From NCBI GenBank assembly GCA_964291405.2, contig OZ219926.1, positions 640,001 through 704,000 of the forward strand: a DNA stretch of 64,000 nucleotides, read 5' to 3'. The translations under genes were made by a program, and so were the position numbers. Origin of the DNA: Thermodesulfobacteriota bacterium (GTDB lineage: Bacteria; Desulfobacterota; Binatia; Bin18). Each line of letters begins with the position of its first letter. The first letter of the stretch is position 1. The notes under the pieces are model-generated. The model searched no databases, was not told the DNA's origin, and worked only from the letters and a program-made list of their open reading frames with translations. Of this stretch, positions 49,872 to 59,722 are shown piece after piece.

Positions 49872-52800
49872 GGCGCAGAGGATATGTTTTGCGGCGACGG
49901 TTTTCCCTCCTCCATCACCCGACAAAACAGATTCACCTGTTCCATGTGGGTCAGGGTCTGACAGCGGGTACGGGCCAGGGCCGGGCTGGCAACAACGATG
50001 GCCAGACTCTGGGCACGTGAGAGGGCGACGTTGAGTCGATTTTTGTGAAATAGAAAGTCGATCCCGCGCGGAGACGTATCGCCCCGGCTGGCACACATGG
50101 ACAGAATGACGACCGGCGCTTCCTGACCCTGAAATTTATCGACCGTACCGACCCTGGCATCCGGCCCCAAAGCGGTCTGGAGTTTACGGACCTGCATATT
50201 GTACGGAGCAACACATAGGATGTCGGACAGCTGTAATGGACGCAGCCGTTGTCCGCTGGTATCCGTGATGTCCCGGCCAAGCAGTTCGCCAACCACCTCG
50301 CGGACGGCCTGTACCTCCTCGTCACTGGCCTGTGTGTTGCCCTCGTGTGGCACGGAGACGAAAACCAGACCGGCTTCCCGAGTAATGATTCGACCTCCTG
50401 TTTGGGAAAGGCAGACGCGCCGCTGGGCCGTTTGGGGGGCGGCATGGAGGCGACCTTCGTATACCGCGTCAGAGAGAAAATGACAGAGCTCAGGATGCAG
50501 CCGCCAGGTTGTGGCTAAGAATACACCCATATCGGGCGGTATGGTCGCCTTCCCCTGGAGCAGGTATTCAAGAATGGACAGTCCGCTCTCTCCGGGATGA
50601 GCGCCCTGTACCGGTTGACCCAACTGCATCTGATCGCCGCACAGGACGATATTCTCCGTGGCCGCGGCCATACCCATGAGGTTAGCCACCGACACCTGAC
50701 CGGCCTCGTCTACAAAGAGATAGTCCAGCTTGCCTCGCAACCCAGGATCGCTCAGCGCCCAAGCCGTTCCTCCGAGCAGCCGGAACTGCTCCAGGCGTGG
50801 AATTGCGTCTCGCACGCGCTGAACATAGGCCGCTTCGGGACACAACTCAAAAAACCGCTCCTCGGCCGGACCGCCTATTTTGAGGCACTCCAGCCGCCCC
50901 TGCCGTAGCTCTTTGCACTTGCGCATGAGGTTAAGAATGGCGGCATGGCTGTTGGCGGTGATGCCCACGCGCTTGCCTCGATCCAGCAGGGACAGAATCA
51001 TCCCGGCGCCCAGCGTGGTCTTGCCACTGCCCGGCGGGCCTTGCAGGCATAGGGTTGAGTGGTCGAGGGATTCGACGAGCCGCAGGACGGCACGGGAGAG
51101 GTCTGTAGGGTCTGTGGGGTCGGACCCAATCGACTCAACCGACTCAAAGGACCCAACCCGCGGGGGCCGACGTAGAAGAAAGTCGTGCAAGGCGGGCGGG
51201 AGTTGGTTCTCTTTCTGCCAGGTTTGGGCGATATCCCGGACAGCGTTCTCAATCACCTGGGCAGAGACGTATTCATCCGGAATCAGGGAAAGCGAGTCAG
51301 GAGGTAGCCCATTCGGAAGCTGTTTCAGCCGTCGTGTACTGAATTTGAGACAAATACGTCCCCACTCCTGGTCCATAGCATGGATGGGTATCTTCATCTC
51401 AAGATCGTGGGCAAAATAGCACTGGGCGCCGACATCCAGCTTGGTATCCTGATCGGGATCAAAGCCATACCAAAAGCCATGAGAGCGTTTGATTGGCTCC
51501 GGTGGCTGGGAGAGCCGCCTTAAACCACCGAGGCAGTTCATATCTTGCACAAGCTCTTCTTCAGTCATGGCGTGACGGTCAAACATCGCCCACCACATCG
51601 GTTTCGCCTCTCGACGGTGAAATTCAACCATCTGTCCAAGCAGTTCCTGCGCCTGCCAACGCGCAGCCTGTGTGCGTCGCTGCGGGGCGGGTGGGATCTC
51701 CGCGAGCAGCGTTTGAGCCAAGGCTTGGGGAGAGGCAGGGTCGGCGAGGGGATCTGGCTCTTCCGGGGATTCTAGGGGTACATCCTGTTTCGGTATCCAG
51801 GCAATCCCGGCTTCCTGCTGACGCTCCCAAAGCCAACAGGTCAACTGCCAGGTTGATTCACAGTCGTCTCGGTTATAGGCACGAATCGCCTGGAGGAGTG
51901 GAGAGGCTGTCCAGTCTTGGGCCTCGCCACTCGCCAGCCAGCGTTCGTAGACCGCAATGGAGTCAACCGCGCTGGTTACCTCGCCGACCCGTACGGGCCG
52001 GTATAAACGTTCGAGGTTTTTAATCGAATAGTGCGGCTCGCCGACCCGCACACCGTGCCGAACAACGGCATACAAATCAATAAAAACTTCGTGACGCAGA
52101 AGCGAGTCAACCTCGGCTTCTCGACTCCCATGCCGGCCCATCAGCCGCCGTAGCGCCGCCACCTCGTAGTTGGCGTAGTGATAGATGTGCATAGTGGGAT
52201 CGGCCTGCCAACGAGCGTAGACCCAATCGATGAAATCACAAAAGGCCCGCCGTTCCTGATCGATGTCATGCGCCCACCAGTCGTGGAACATGCGCTGATC
52301 GTCATCAAGCGTAAACGCACCAAAGAGATATTCCAGTCCGCCTTTCACCAGCGGATAGCCCTCCATGTCAAAAAAGATGTCACCCGGAGAGGCTGGAGGC
52401 AGCAGGGCTAAGCCACGCCGCTGGGCCGGCTGGTCAGGAGTAAGAATCCGATAGGCCGGCTGGTCGGCCCCGACTGAGGCGGCTTGCAGTTGCGCCTGCT
52501 CCTTGAGCCGGGCAAACACAGTGTCCTCAATTCTTGGGACATGCGTCAGCGTAGACTCTGCCAGGGAGGTAAGCGTAGTGATACCGGCCGCGTTGAGTTT
52601 CTGAATCTGGCTCACGGAGATACTGGCCACGCGGCTCAGATGGTCGGCTGTCTCAAGTATCCGGGTCGCCTGCACAGTCCAGCGGCCGTAATCCCCGCCA
52701 AGCTCCGGACTGGGTTGTACCGCTGGATCAAAGTGCTGCATGTAAGCCAGAAAGGCCTGTTTCAGGGTAAGATAGTAGTAGATGAAGTCGGCGGTCCGAA

Positions 52801-53350
52801 AATGGCGACGTTCACCGGAGCCGAGCCATAGCAGCATCGAGTCCGGCCGTTGCCCCTGAACGGCCTGAAGCAGGTCGGCAGAGCAGCAGAGTTGAATCAG
52901 ATGAGCCGGACCCGACTGCGTGGCGAGGGTGGCATCCCACACCTCATAGCCATAGTTGCCCAGAGCGGACGCCCCCGCAGTCTGCACCAGAAAGTCGGGT
53001 CGGCCGAAAAAATACTCGGGTCGAACATCTTGGACCGCACTGCTTTGTAACCAGCCTTGATAGATGACTTCGTGGCCGGCCTGCATAGCCGTTATGGTCG
53101 CCTCCATTCGGTCCACGCCCGCAGGTAGCATATAGATCTCACGACCCTCTTGTCGGAGTTGGGTCAGACACGCCTGTTCATGCCGGCGTCCCCGTTCGGT
53201 GAGCGTGGTTAGGGAGAGCGGTTCGGGGTCGGGCTGAGCCTGACCGGGAGAGTCCAGGGCATAGCGCGACATCCATGTCGCAAATGGCGAGGCAAGAAAT
53301 TCGTTCAGGTCTGTCGGGCCGTAGTAATACCGTCCGTTGTCCTTCTGCAT
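49868..53350 (-). CDS. TM0106-family RecB-like nuclease / RNase H-like / SF1 helicase fusion
   Basis: GRPDFL; FFDMEG..YHYANYE..YSIKNLE..YNRDDC; QGPPGSGKT, VDEAGQ, GDQMQL, TVDKFQGQE, NVALSRA. Confidence 0.92.
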   Translation of the reverse strand: MQKDNGRYYYGPTDLNEFLASPFATWMSRYALDSPGQAQPDPEPLSLTTLTERGRRHEQACLTQLRQEGREIYMLPAGVDRMEATITAMQAGHEVIYQGWLQSSAVQDVRPEYFFGRPDFLVQTAGASALGNYGYEVWDATLATQSGPAHLIQLCCSADLLQAVQGQRPDSMLLWLGSGERRHFRTADFIYYYLTLKQAFLAYMQHFDPAVQPSPELGGDYGRWTVQATRILETADHLSRVASISVSQIQKLNAAGITTLTSLAESTLTHVPRIEDTVFARLKEQAQLQAASVGADQPAYRILTPDQPAQRRGLALLPPASPGDIFFDMEGYPLVKGGLEYLFGAFTLDDDQRMFHDWWAHDIDQERRAFCDFIDWVYARWQADPTMHIYHYANYEVAALRRLMGRHGSREAEVDSLLRHEVFIDLYAVVRHGVRVGEPHYSIKNLERLYRPVRVGEVTSAVDSIAVYERWLASGEAQDWTASPLLQAIRAYNRDDCESTWQLTCWLWERQQEAGIAWIPKQDVPLESPEEPDPLADPASPQALAQTLLAEIPPAPQRRTQAARWQAQELLGQMVEFHRREAKPMWWAMFDRHAMTEEELVQDMNCLGGLRRLSQPPEPIKRSHGFWYGFDPDQDTKLDVGAQCYFAHDLEMKIPIHAMDQEWGRICLKFSTRRLKQLPNGLPPDSLSLIPDEYVSAQVIENAVRDIAQTWQKENQLPPALHDFLLRRPPRVGSFESVESIGSDPTDPTDLSRAVLRLVESLDHSTLCLQGPPGSGKTTLGAGMILSLLDRGKRVGITANSHAAILNLMRKCKELRQGRLECLKIGGPAEERFFELCPEAAYVQRVRDAIPRLEQFRLLGGTAWALSDPGLRGKLDYLFVDEAGQVSVANLMGMAAATENIVLCGDQMQLGQPVQGAHPGESGLSILEYLLQGKATIPPDMGVFLATTWRLHPELCHFLSDAVYEGRLHAAPQTAQRRVCLSQTGGRIITREAGLVFVSVPHEGNTQASDEEVQAVREVVGELLGRDITDTSGQRLRPLQLSDILCVAPYNMQVRKLQTALGPDARVGTVDKFQGQEAPVVILSMCASRGDTSPRGIDFLFHKNRLNVALSRAQSLAIVVASPALARTRCQTLTHMEQVNLFCRVMEEGKPSPQNISSAP
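51098..51158. repeat. 9-bp-period GGGTC/GACCC repeat with inverted arms, in frame within the helicase gene
   Basis: About 3 x (n)GGGTCTGT followed by 4 x GACYCAAnn. Confidence 0.5.
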
Positions 53351-53370
53351 ACGGCAGCCCTTCCCCACCG

Positions 53371-53949
53371 CTATTCCAAAACGGCGCCGCGAAAGGATGG
53401 CAGCGTCGCTCCTCCTATCGGTGTCCGTGTGGCCAGCAGCTGAGAGAAGGAAAACCGTGCATCAAACTCGGCTTTGGCCCGTTCAAACTCCAGCGTATTT
53501 ACCGGTTGCTGAGAGACGGCACGTCCAGTCTGGTTCAGCAGCAGACGGACACGATATCGCTCTTCCATCGACCATACCCGCTCTTGGCCCACCCCACCGC
53601 TCAGCGACATATTTAGAAAGACAAAAACAAAACGCTCCTGGAGGGCGAGATGTTGCAGGAGAACAGCGTCCTGGTTTTGCAGGGGGTTAAGGTATACTTG
53701 GCCGGCAATGTGTCGCTCAGATTCCGCACCGAGCTGAAAGGCGAGGGCCACGACCCAGACCCCGCCCTTCGCCTGATAGCCAACACAATTCAATAAAAAC
53801 GGCTGGAGGGGCCGGCGATACGAGAAGACTTCCTCTACGCGCATAGCTAGGGCGGTCTCACGGCCACCCCTCAACTCGACCATAGTAGGCGAGTCTGGGG
53901 CGGTTGTCTGGAGCCGTTGGTGAGACCTTGAATCGAGCTCAACTTTCAT
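53371..53949 (-). CDS. Hypothetical protein
   Basis: 192-aa ORF with AGGGG RBS, co-oriented and adjacent to the TM0106 gene. Confidence 0.6.
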   Translation of the reverse strand: MKVELDSRSHQRLQTTAPDSPTMVELRGGRETALAMRVEEVFSYRRPLQPFLLNCVGYQAKGGVWVVALAFQLGAESERHIAGQVYLNPLQNQDAVLLQHLALQERFVFVFLNMSLSGGVGQERVWSMEERYRVRLLLNQTGRAVSQQPVNTLEFERAKAEFDARFSFSQLLATRTPIGGATLPSFRGAVLE

Positions 53950-54081
53950 TGCCCCTGAGTCTTATCGCGTGTGAGGATGTTCAGCTACCTGAGCGATAAC
54001 AGAGGGACGATATCTCCTCGCCTCGGGCAAGCCATGGGCTATGCATTCGACCACTGCTGCTACAAGAAGCACAGACCGCGC

Positions 54082-55094
54082 TCACGAGCGGAACGCATCG
54101 AGCCGCCCGGCCAGAACCTGGGCAACCGGAGCCATGGGTTCGAGCCGCTCGAACAGAATCTTCAGGATGGCGGTCATTGGGGTGGCCAGCAACATACCAA
54201 CAACGCCCCACAGCATGCCCCACACGATCAGGGCCATGAGAATGACGATCGGGTGCAGGTCAAGAGCTTCCCCCATGACCTTGGGTTCAATGATATTACC
54301 GATAATGATTTGAATCAGACTTGGCAACAGGATAGCCAGGATCGCAGTTGTGGTCGAGATATCCGGGCTGACGACAACAACCGGTAAGGGAAGCAAGGTC
54401 GCGATAATCGACCCGACGCTGGGAATGAAATTGAGCAGGAAGGCGAGCAGGCCAAAGACCAGCGCCAGATCGACACCGAGGACGGCCAGGGTGAGGCCAA
54501 CCAGAACGCCGGTGGCCAGAGAGATCAGGGCCTTGGTCACAATGTAGTGTTCGATCCGCGTCTCAATCTCCGCCCAGACACCACCAGCTTTTTGCCGTGC
54601 GCCACCAAGCAGCAGGTACAGAACAAAGATCAGGACCAGTAAGCCTTGGGAGAGCAGGCCGACTATGGCATTCGTCGTCTGTAGCAGCACACCGCTGATG
54701 TTGCCGAGGGGCAGTTGGGCGAACGGGTTCCCTTCGGCGCGGAACGTGCCGGCTGGAGAAGAACCGACACCTTTGCACCGAGCAGCTCAATCTGCTGCTG
54801 GTAGGCAGCGGCATTCGCTTGTAACTGACTCACGGAGGTTGAGATGAGCAGGCCCAGACTACCGAGAATCAGTACGCCGATAACCAGGGTTGAAGCCACG
54901 GCGACGAGGTAGGGCAAGCGGAGTCGGTGGACCTGGAATTCAACCAGCGGCAGCAGCCCGTAGGCAATAAAAACGGCCAGGACAAAAGGAACCAGAACGG
55001 GTTGCAGCCAATACAGAGCGGCCGCTACCGCTACTGTGCTGACAATCAGTAGGCAGATCGTTTGAATACGGTATTCGTGCCGGGTGGGATCCAA
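54082..55094 (-). pseudogene. AI-2E family transporter, frameshifted (pseudogene or sequencing error)
   Basis: N-half LQPVLVPFVLAVFIAYGLLP and C-half FLLNFIPSVGS..GNIIEPKVMG..LHPIV..WGVVGMLLATP lie in different frames; shift near 54755. Confidence 0.85.
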
Positions 55095-55105
55095 TTGTTC
55101 GGATA

Positions 55106-55612
55106 TTACCCTTGCGGCTGGGCATCTTTGAGGAGCCCGACGATTTCGGGATAGCCTCTGCCCATCGCGACTGCCTCAGGCGTCCAGCCATCTCCGCTGC
55201 CGCCTCGTACGTCGGCCCCTTTGGCTAAGAGGGCCTCAACGATCTCTCTATGGCCATTGTATGCCGCATAGCGCAACGGTGTGAAGCCATCCTTATCTTC
55301 AATATTGACATCCGCACCAGCTTCGAGCAGCACATTGACAATGTCGGTCTTACCAGTGGACGCGGCGTACCGGAGGGCTGTTTCTCCGTGCGCTCCAGCG
55401 ACATTCGGGTCCATACCGGCTTCGAGCATGAGTTGAATCGATTTCAGATCACCCACCTGCGCCCGGCTCCGAAACATCTTTTCACTATATTTCACGTTCC
55501 GGGCCTTCAATTGAGCCCGAGGGTCTTCCGCCGGCGCAGGCGCGCAGCCAGCGGCACACACAAGCAGCACGAGGACACTGTAAACGACTGACGTGAAACG
55601 GCGCTGTGACAT
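55106..55612 (-). CDS. Ankyrin-repeat lipoprotein
   Basis: Lipobox CAAGC; repeats GETALRYAASTG, GFTPLRYAAYNGH, GWTP..VAMGRG. Confidence 0.88.
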   Translation of the reverse strand: MSQRRFTSVVYSVLVLLVCAAGCAPAPAEDPRAQLKARNVKYSEKMFRSRAQVGDLKSIQLMLEAGMDPNVAGAHGETALRYAASTGKTDIVNVLLEAGADVNIEDKDGFTPLRYAAYNGHREIVEALLAKGADVRGGSGDGWTPEAVAMGRGYPEIVGLLKDAQPQG

Positions 55613-55847
55613 TCCTTCCCCTTTTCGACATACACTCCAGACTCTATATCCCATGCCATAAGTATTAGGATGTACAAGGGCTGAAAGAGTCGTCATATTT
55701 CCCCTATCAATTACCAGTCCTGCCAGGACGGGCAAGACCCCTAAGACCCTAGTGCAGACCCTCAATGCTTGAACTACAGACTCCCGTTCTTCTACCGTCT
55801 CGCGGAGGCCGGGCTTTAAAGAACGAAAAACGCACACCCTGAGAGGA

Positions 55848-56345
55848 CTATCTCTGTCGCTGCATCATTACGAGTGAATACGGCTCAAACGTACCCGCCC
55901 CAAAATCGACCTCAAGCCGCTCCTCAAAGCCGCTTTCGTGCGGACTCAGTATCTTCCGTGCGCGTTTCGCTTTGGGCTGATGTCCAGGAGGGCGGTCCGG
56001 AAAAGAGAGACTCTGTCCATCGTAGCTCAGTTGGTAGTCAATCAGCCCTCCCCCATCGGTGTAGGCACGGGCTTCGAGTTGCTGGCTAGTGGCGTTACAG
56101 CCGAGCATCACGCAGGCTTCATGCACGTCCAAGAGCGCGTCCTTCAGCGGATAGACGACACGCATGCGCAAGGACAGAAATTGGCCGCCCGCCTCCCACA
56201 CTCCGACCACCTGCTTGTGAAATCGCCGCCGGCCTTTCGCGTAGCTCCCGTCTCCATGAAAACGTCCCACGAGAAATTCGAGCTTCTGGAGCAGTTGCGG
56301 TTTAGGCGGGTGGGCGAGTTTGTCAGACGGCAGTGGGTCCAGCAT
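55848..56345 (-). CDS. Hypothetical protein (possibly DUF1579-like beta-barrel)
   Basis: GGAGGA RBS; LEFLVGRFHGDG N-terminal motif resembles that family. Confidence 0.55.
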   Translation of the reverse strand: MLDPLPSDKLAHPPKPQLLQKLEFLVGRFHGDGSYAKGRRRFHKQVVGVWEAGGQFLSLRMRVVYPLKDALLDVHEACVMLGCNATSQQLEARAYTDGGGLIDYQLSYDGQSLSFPDRPPGHQPKAKRARKILSPHESGFEERLEVDFGAGTFEPYSLVMMQRQR

Positions 56346-56544
56346 GTATCCTCCTCACGAACACTGGCGTTGTGCCCCCGTAATTTTATCCCGACGGCCA
56401 AAGCTCTGGCCCTTGTCCAAGATATACCCGACTCCCCTTTTGCCGCCATCCCGAATCCGATAGCCAGAAAATAAGGAATGTCTCTCAGACTCGCCGCGGC
56501 ATGCTTTTAGCGATGGGAGTCCCAGTACGGAATTCGACACGCCC

Positions 56545-57078
56545 ATGAGTACAATCGAACCTTCTTTTGGTATTACCCTGGTACTCGGCGGTGCGCGCTC
56601 GGGCAAGAGTACCTTCGCCGAGAGCCTGGCGCGCTGCCATAACCAGCGGGTCTATATCGCGACTGCCGAGTGTGTTGACGACGAGATGGCACATCGCATC
56701 GAGACGCACCGCCGCCAGCGCGGGGCTGACTGGCGCACGGTAGAAGCACCGCTTGAGCTTGCAGAGGCCATTCGGCAGGAGGGTGCACCCAACGTCTGCC
56801 TGCTGGTCGATTGCCTGACGGTGTGGCTTGGCAACCTCATGCATTATGGTTGGGAAATCGACGCTGCCCAGGACGCGCTACTCGATACGCTCACCGAGGC
56901 ATCCGGGCCAATAGTATTGGTCGCCAATGAAGTCGGCCTGGGCATCGTGCCGGACAACGCCGTGACGCGCGCCTTCCGCGACCACGCCGGCCGGCTCAAC
57001 CAGGCCGTCGCCCGGTTGGCGGAGCGTGTCTATTTTGTGGCCGCGGGCCTACCCGTCCTGCTCAAAGGTCCCGAGTAA
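56545..57078 (+). CDS. cobU: Adenosylcobinamide kinase / adenosylcobinamide-phosphate guanylyltransferase
   Basis: GGARSGKS, YIATA, RIETHR, LVDCLTVW, NEVGLGIVP, FRDHAGRLNQ. Confidence 0.97.
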   Translation: MSTIEPSFGITLVLGGARSGKSTFAESLARCHNQRVYIATAECVDDEMAHRIETHRRQRGADWRTVEAPLELAEAIRQEGAPNVCLLVDCLTVWLGNLMHYGWEIDAAQDALLDTLTEASGPIVLVANEVGLGIVPDNAVTRAFRDHAGRLNQAVARLAERVYFVAAGLPVLLKGPE

Positions 57079-57098
57079 ACATCTCTGGCGCACGGCCG

Positions 57099-57866
57099 TC
57101 ACGGCGACGACATCACCCCGACGACTCCGAGATACATCCCCAGCTCGCTCGTTTGCTGTACGCCACCGAGACAGTCTCCGGTATATCCACCCAGCCTGCG
57201 CTCATACATGCCCCGCATGGCGAGATGCCCGGCGGCAAGCCCTATTAGACCGACGGGAATGACGGCCTGCACACCCGTTACACCTAATCCACACACCGCG
57301 ACCCCACCGGTTGCCAGGGCGAATAGAAGGCCGCCAGGACGCAGCGTCTCGGCGACCGGTGTGGCCATACCGGCGTCCCGTACGTAATGGCTCGTCGCGA
57401 TCACAAGCACGACGGATGACCGGCTCGCGGCGTGCGTGGCGATCAGTAGCCACGGGATAATATGGGGCGGCAGCGCGGCGAGGGCCAGGAATTTCGTCGC
57501 AAGCATAAGCCCGAGCCCGGCAGCGCCATAGGTTCCGAGCCGGCTGTCGTGCATGATGGCAAGCGTTTTCTCCCGGTCCGCACCGCCGAACCCGTCGCAG
57601 ACATCCGCGAATCCGTCCTCGTGCAGGGCACCGGTCGTGAGCAACGAGGCTGCGATGGAGAGGACCACTGCCAGACTCATCGGAAAAGCCAGATGGGCGA
57701 GCCAGAATACGCCACCCGCAAACACGCCGATCAAGGCGCCGACGAGCGGGTAATAACGGACCATGGCAGACAGTCTCTCCTCAGAGAAGACACCCGACAC
57801 CCGTACCGGCCAGCGAGTCAGGAACTGGACGGCAAGCAGTAATGCGTCGAGTTCCCGACGGGCCAC
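57099..57866 (-). CDS. cobS: Adenosylcobinamide-GDP ribazoletransferase (cobalamin synthase)
   Basis: QFLTRWP, TGALHEDGFADVCDGFGG, IMHDSRLGTYG, GGYTGDCLG. Confidence 0.97.
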   Translation of the reverse strand: MARRELDALLLAVQFLTRWPVRVSGVFSEERLSAMVRYYPLVGALIGVFAGGVFWLAHLAFPMSLAVVLSIAASLLTTGALHEDGFADVCDGFGGADREKTLAIMHDSRLGTYGAAGLGLMLATKFLALAALPPHIIPWLLIATHAASRSSVVLVIATSHYVRDAGMATPVAETLRPGGLLFALATGGVAVCGLGVTGVQAVIPVGLIGLAAGHLAMRGMYERRLGGYTGDCLGGVQQTSELGMYLGVVGVMSSP

Positions 57867-57868
57867 GT

Positions 57869-58894
57869 TCACTCTCCCGCTCCGCTGATTCCGGCAGTCT
57901 CGAAAGTTGCCATGTCCGAAAGCATGGCCGCGGCGCATTTGAGGATTGGCCAGGCCAGCAGTGCACCTGTGCCTTCGCCGAGACGCATCTCCAGGTCAAG
58001 CACCGGACGGGCGGACAGGGACTCAAGCACCACGTGGTGGCCTGGTTCGGCAGAACGATGGGCGAAGACGAGGTATTCCCGTAGCGGCGGGGCAAGCTCA
58101 ACCGCGGCGAGCGCCGCGGCGCTCGCGATAAACCCATCGACCAGCACAACCGCTCCGGCCTGTGCCGCACCGATAAACGCCCCGACCATCATCACTACTT
58201 CGAACCCACCGTACTCGCGGAGCGCCTCACACGCATCGAGCCGTGCCGGGGTACGGGCCGTGGCGCGCGCGAGAACCACACGCTTACGCGCCAGCCCGGC
58301 GGCGTCAAGTCCAGTGCCACAGCCGATCAGCACGTCGAGTTCAACACCAGTGAGCTTGTGGACGATCAGGCTTGCGGACGAGGTGTTGGCTATCCCCATT
58401 TCACCGAACGCTACGACCTCCGCGGTGATGTTCTGACCAATCTCACGACCACTGCCAAGCGCGGTCTCACACTGTTCCGACGTCATGGCAGCCTCCACGG
58501 CACTGTTTCGGGTGCCGGCAGCGATCCGCCGCGAGGTGAGTCCGGGGACCTGGACCGCAGCGCCAGAGACGCCAGCATCAACGACGTGCAGGTCTACACC
58601 GTTCACGCGCGCAAAGATATTTGCCGCAGCGCCGCCGGTGAGAAAATTGGCGAGCATCTGCCGCGTCACCTCTTGCGGATAAGCAGATACTCCCTCAGCC
58701 GCTATCCCGTGGTCGCCCGCAAAAATGATCAGGCGGCAACGGTCCAGACGCGGCGTGAGCGTATCCTGGATGCGGGCGATCTGTGCGGCCAGTGTCTCGA
58801 TGGCTCCCAACGCACCGAGCGGCTTGGTTTTGGTGTCGATGGCGTGCTGGATCGCGGTATCCCGTGCGTGGGAGACGGGCCGAATATCAAACAT
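57869..58894 (-). CDS. cobT: Nicotinate-nucleotide--dimethylbenzimidazole phosphoribosyltransferase
   Basis: KTKPLGALG, FAGDHG, VSAYPQEVT, GEMGIANT, VDGFI, MRLGEGTG; start re-picked at MFDIRP. Confidence 0.97.
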   Translation of the reverse strand: MFDIRPVSHARDTAIQHAIDTKTKPLGALGAIETLAAQIARIQDTLTPRLDRCRLIIFAGDHGIAAEGVSAYPQEVTRQMLANFLTGGAAANIFARVNGVDLHVVDAGVSGAAVQVPGLTSRRIAAGTRNSAVEAAMTSEQCETALGSGREIGQNITAEVVAFGEMGIANTSSASLIVHKLTGVELDVLIGCGTGLDAAGLARKRVVLARATARTPARLDACEALREYGGFEVVMMVGAFIGAAQAGAVVLVDGFIASAAALAAVELAPPLREYLVFAHRSAEPGHHVVLESLSARPVLDLEMRLGEGTGALLAWPILKCAAAMLSDMATFETAGISGAGE

Positions 58895-59119
58895 GAACAG
58901 ATTTCCTCGGCTGGCCTCAGTCGTCTCGTGGCCAAGCCGTATGCATTTCGTGTGCGGCGGCGCGCTGTCAACGTTTCGGGACCCTAGCATGGAGCGGGGG
59001 TAGCGGCTAGCCACAGGAAACGAGGATCGGTGAGGGTGCAGAACTATGTGTGACACTAAGAGCGCTACCCTTGACTTCGGCTGGATGGTTTGTATGTATG
59101 TGGCCTGCATTCAAAGCCC

Positions 59120-59722
59120 ATGGACACTCCCGCCACGCATAAGGAAAAGATGAAGGCCCTACAGGCTGAGCACCGCCGTAAGGTGAGTGCCGCCCGCCAT
59201 CCGGGGCGAGGCCTAGTCCTGGTCTATACCGGCGACGGCAAAGGTAAGTCGAGTTCAGCCTTTGGTGTGATTGCGCGGGCACTCGGCTGGGGCCAGCGGG
59301 TCGGCGTCGTCCAGTTCATCAAGGGCAAGTGGATGACCGGCGAGCGGAAATTCTTCGCCGGATTTCCCGACCAACTCGTCTGGCACTGCATGGGAGATGG
59401 TTTCACCTGGAACACTCAGGACCGCGACCGTGACACCGAGGCCGCTGTGGCGGCCTTTGCCAAGGCACGAGGGCTGCTGGAGAGCGGTGACTACGATCTG
59501 GTCGTGCTGGATGAAATCAATATTGCGCTCCGTTACGACTATCTGTCCGTCGAGGCCGTGCTTGAGGGCCTTAAAGCCCGCTCGACCCGGACAAGTGTCA
59601 TTCTGACGGGACGCGACGCCAAACCGGAGCTTCAGGACTATGCCGACCTCGTCAGCGAGATGCGTGAGGTGAAGCATCCTTTCAAAGCCGGTATCAAAGC
59701 CCAGCATGGGATCGATTTCTGA
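59120..59722 (+). CDS. cobO: Cob(I)yrinic acid a,c-diamide adenosyltransferase (CobO/BtuR)
   Basis: YTGDGKGKSS, VQFIKG, GDGFTW, LDEIN, TGR, KHPF. Confidence 0.97.
   Translation: MDTPATHKEKMKALQAEHRRKVSAARHPGRGLVLVYTGDGKGKSSSAFGVIARALGWGQRVGVVQFIKGKWMTGERKFFAGFPDQLVWHCMGDGFTWNTQDRDRDTEAAVAAFAKARGLLESGDYDLVVLDEINIALRYDYLSVEAVLEGLKARSTRTSVILTGRDAKPELQDYADLVSEMREVKHPFKAGIKAQHGIDF

Noticed and set aside
58895-59119. Cobalamin riboswitch between cobT and cobO
   Set aside because: Conserved elements (GGGAA, CCCGCAACTG, GCCACTG, B12 box) were not found on either strand
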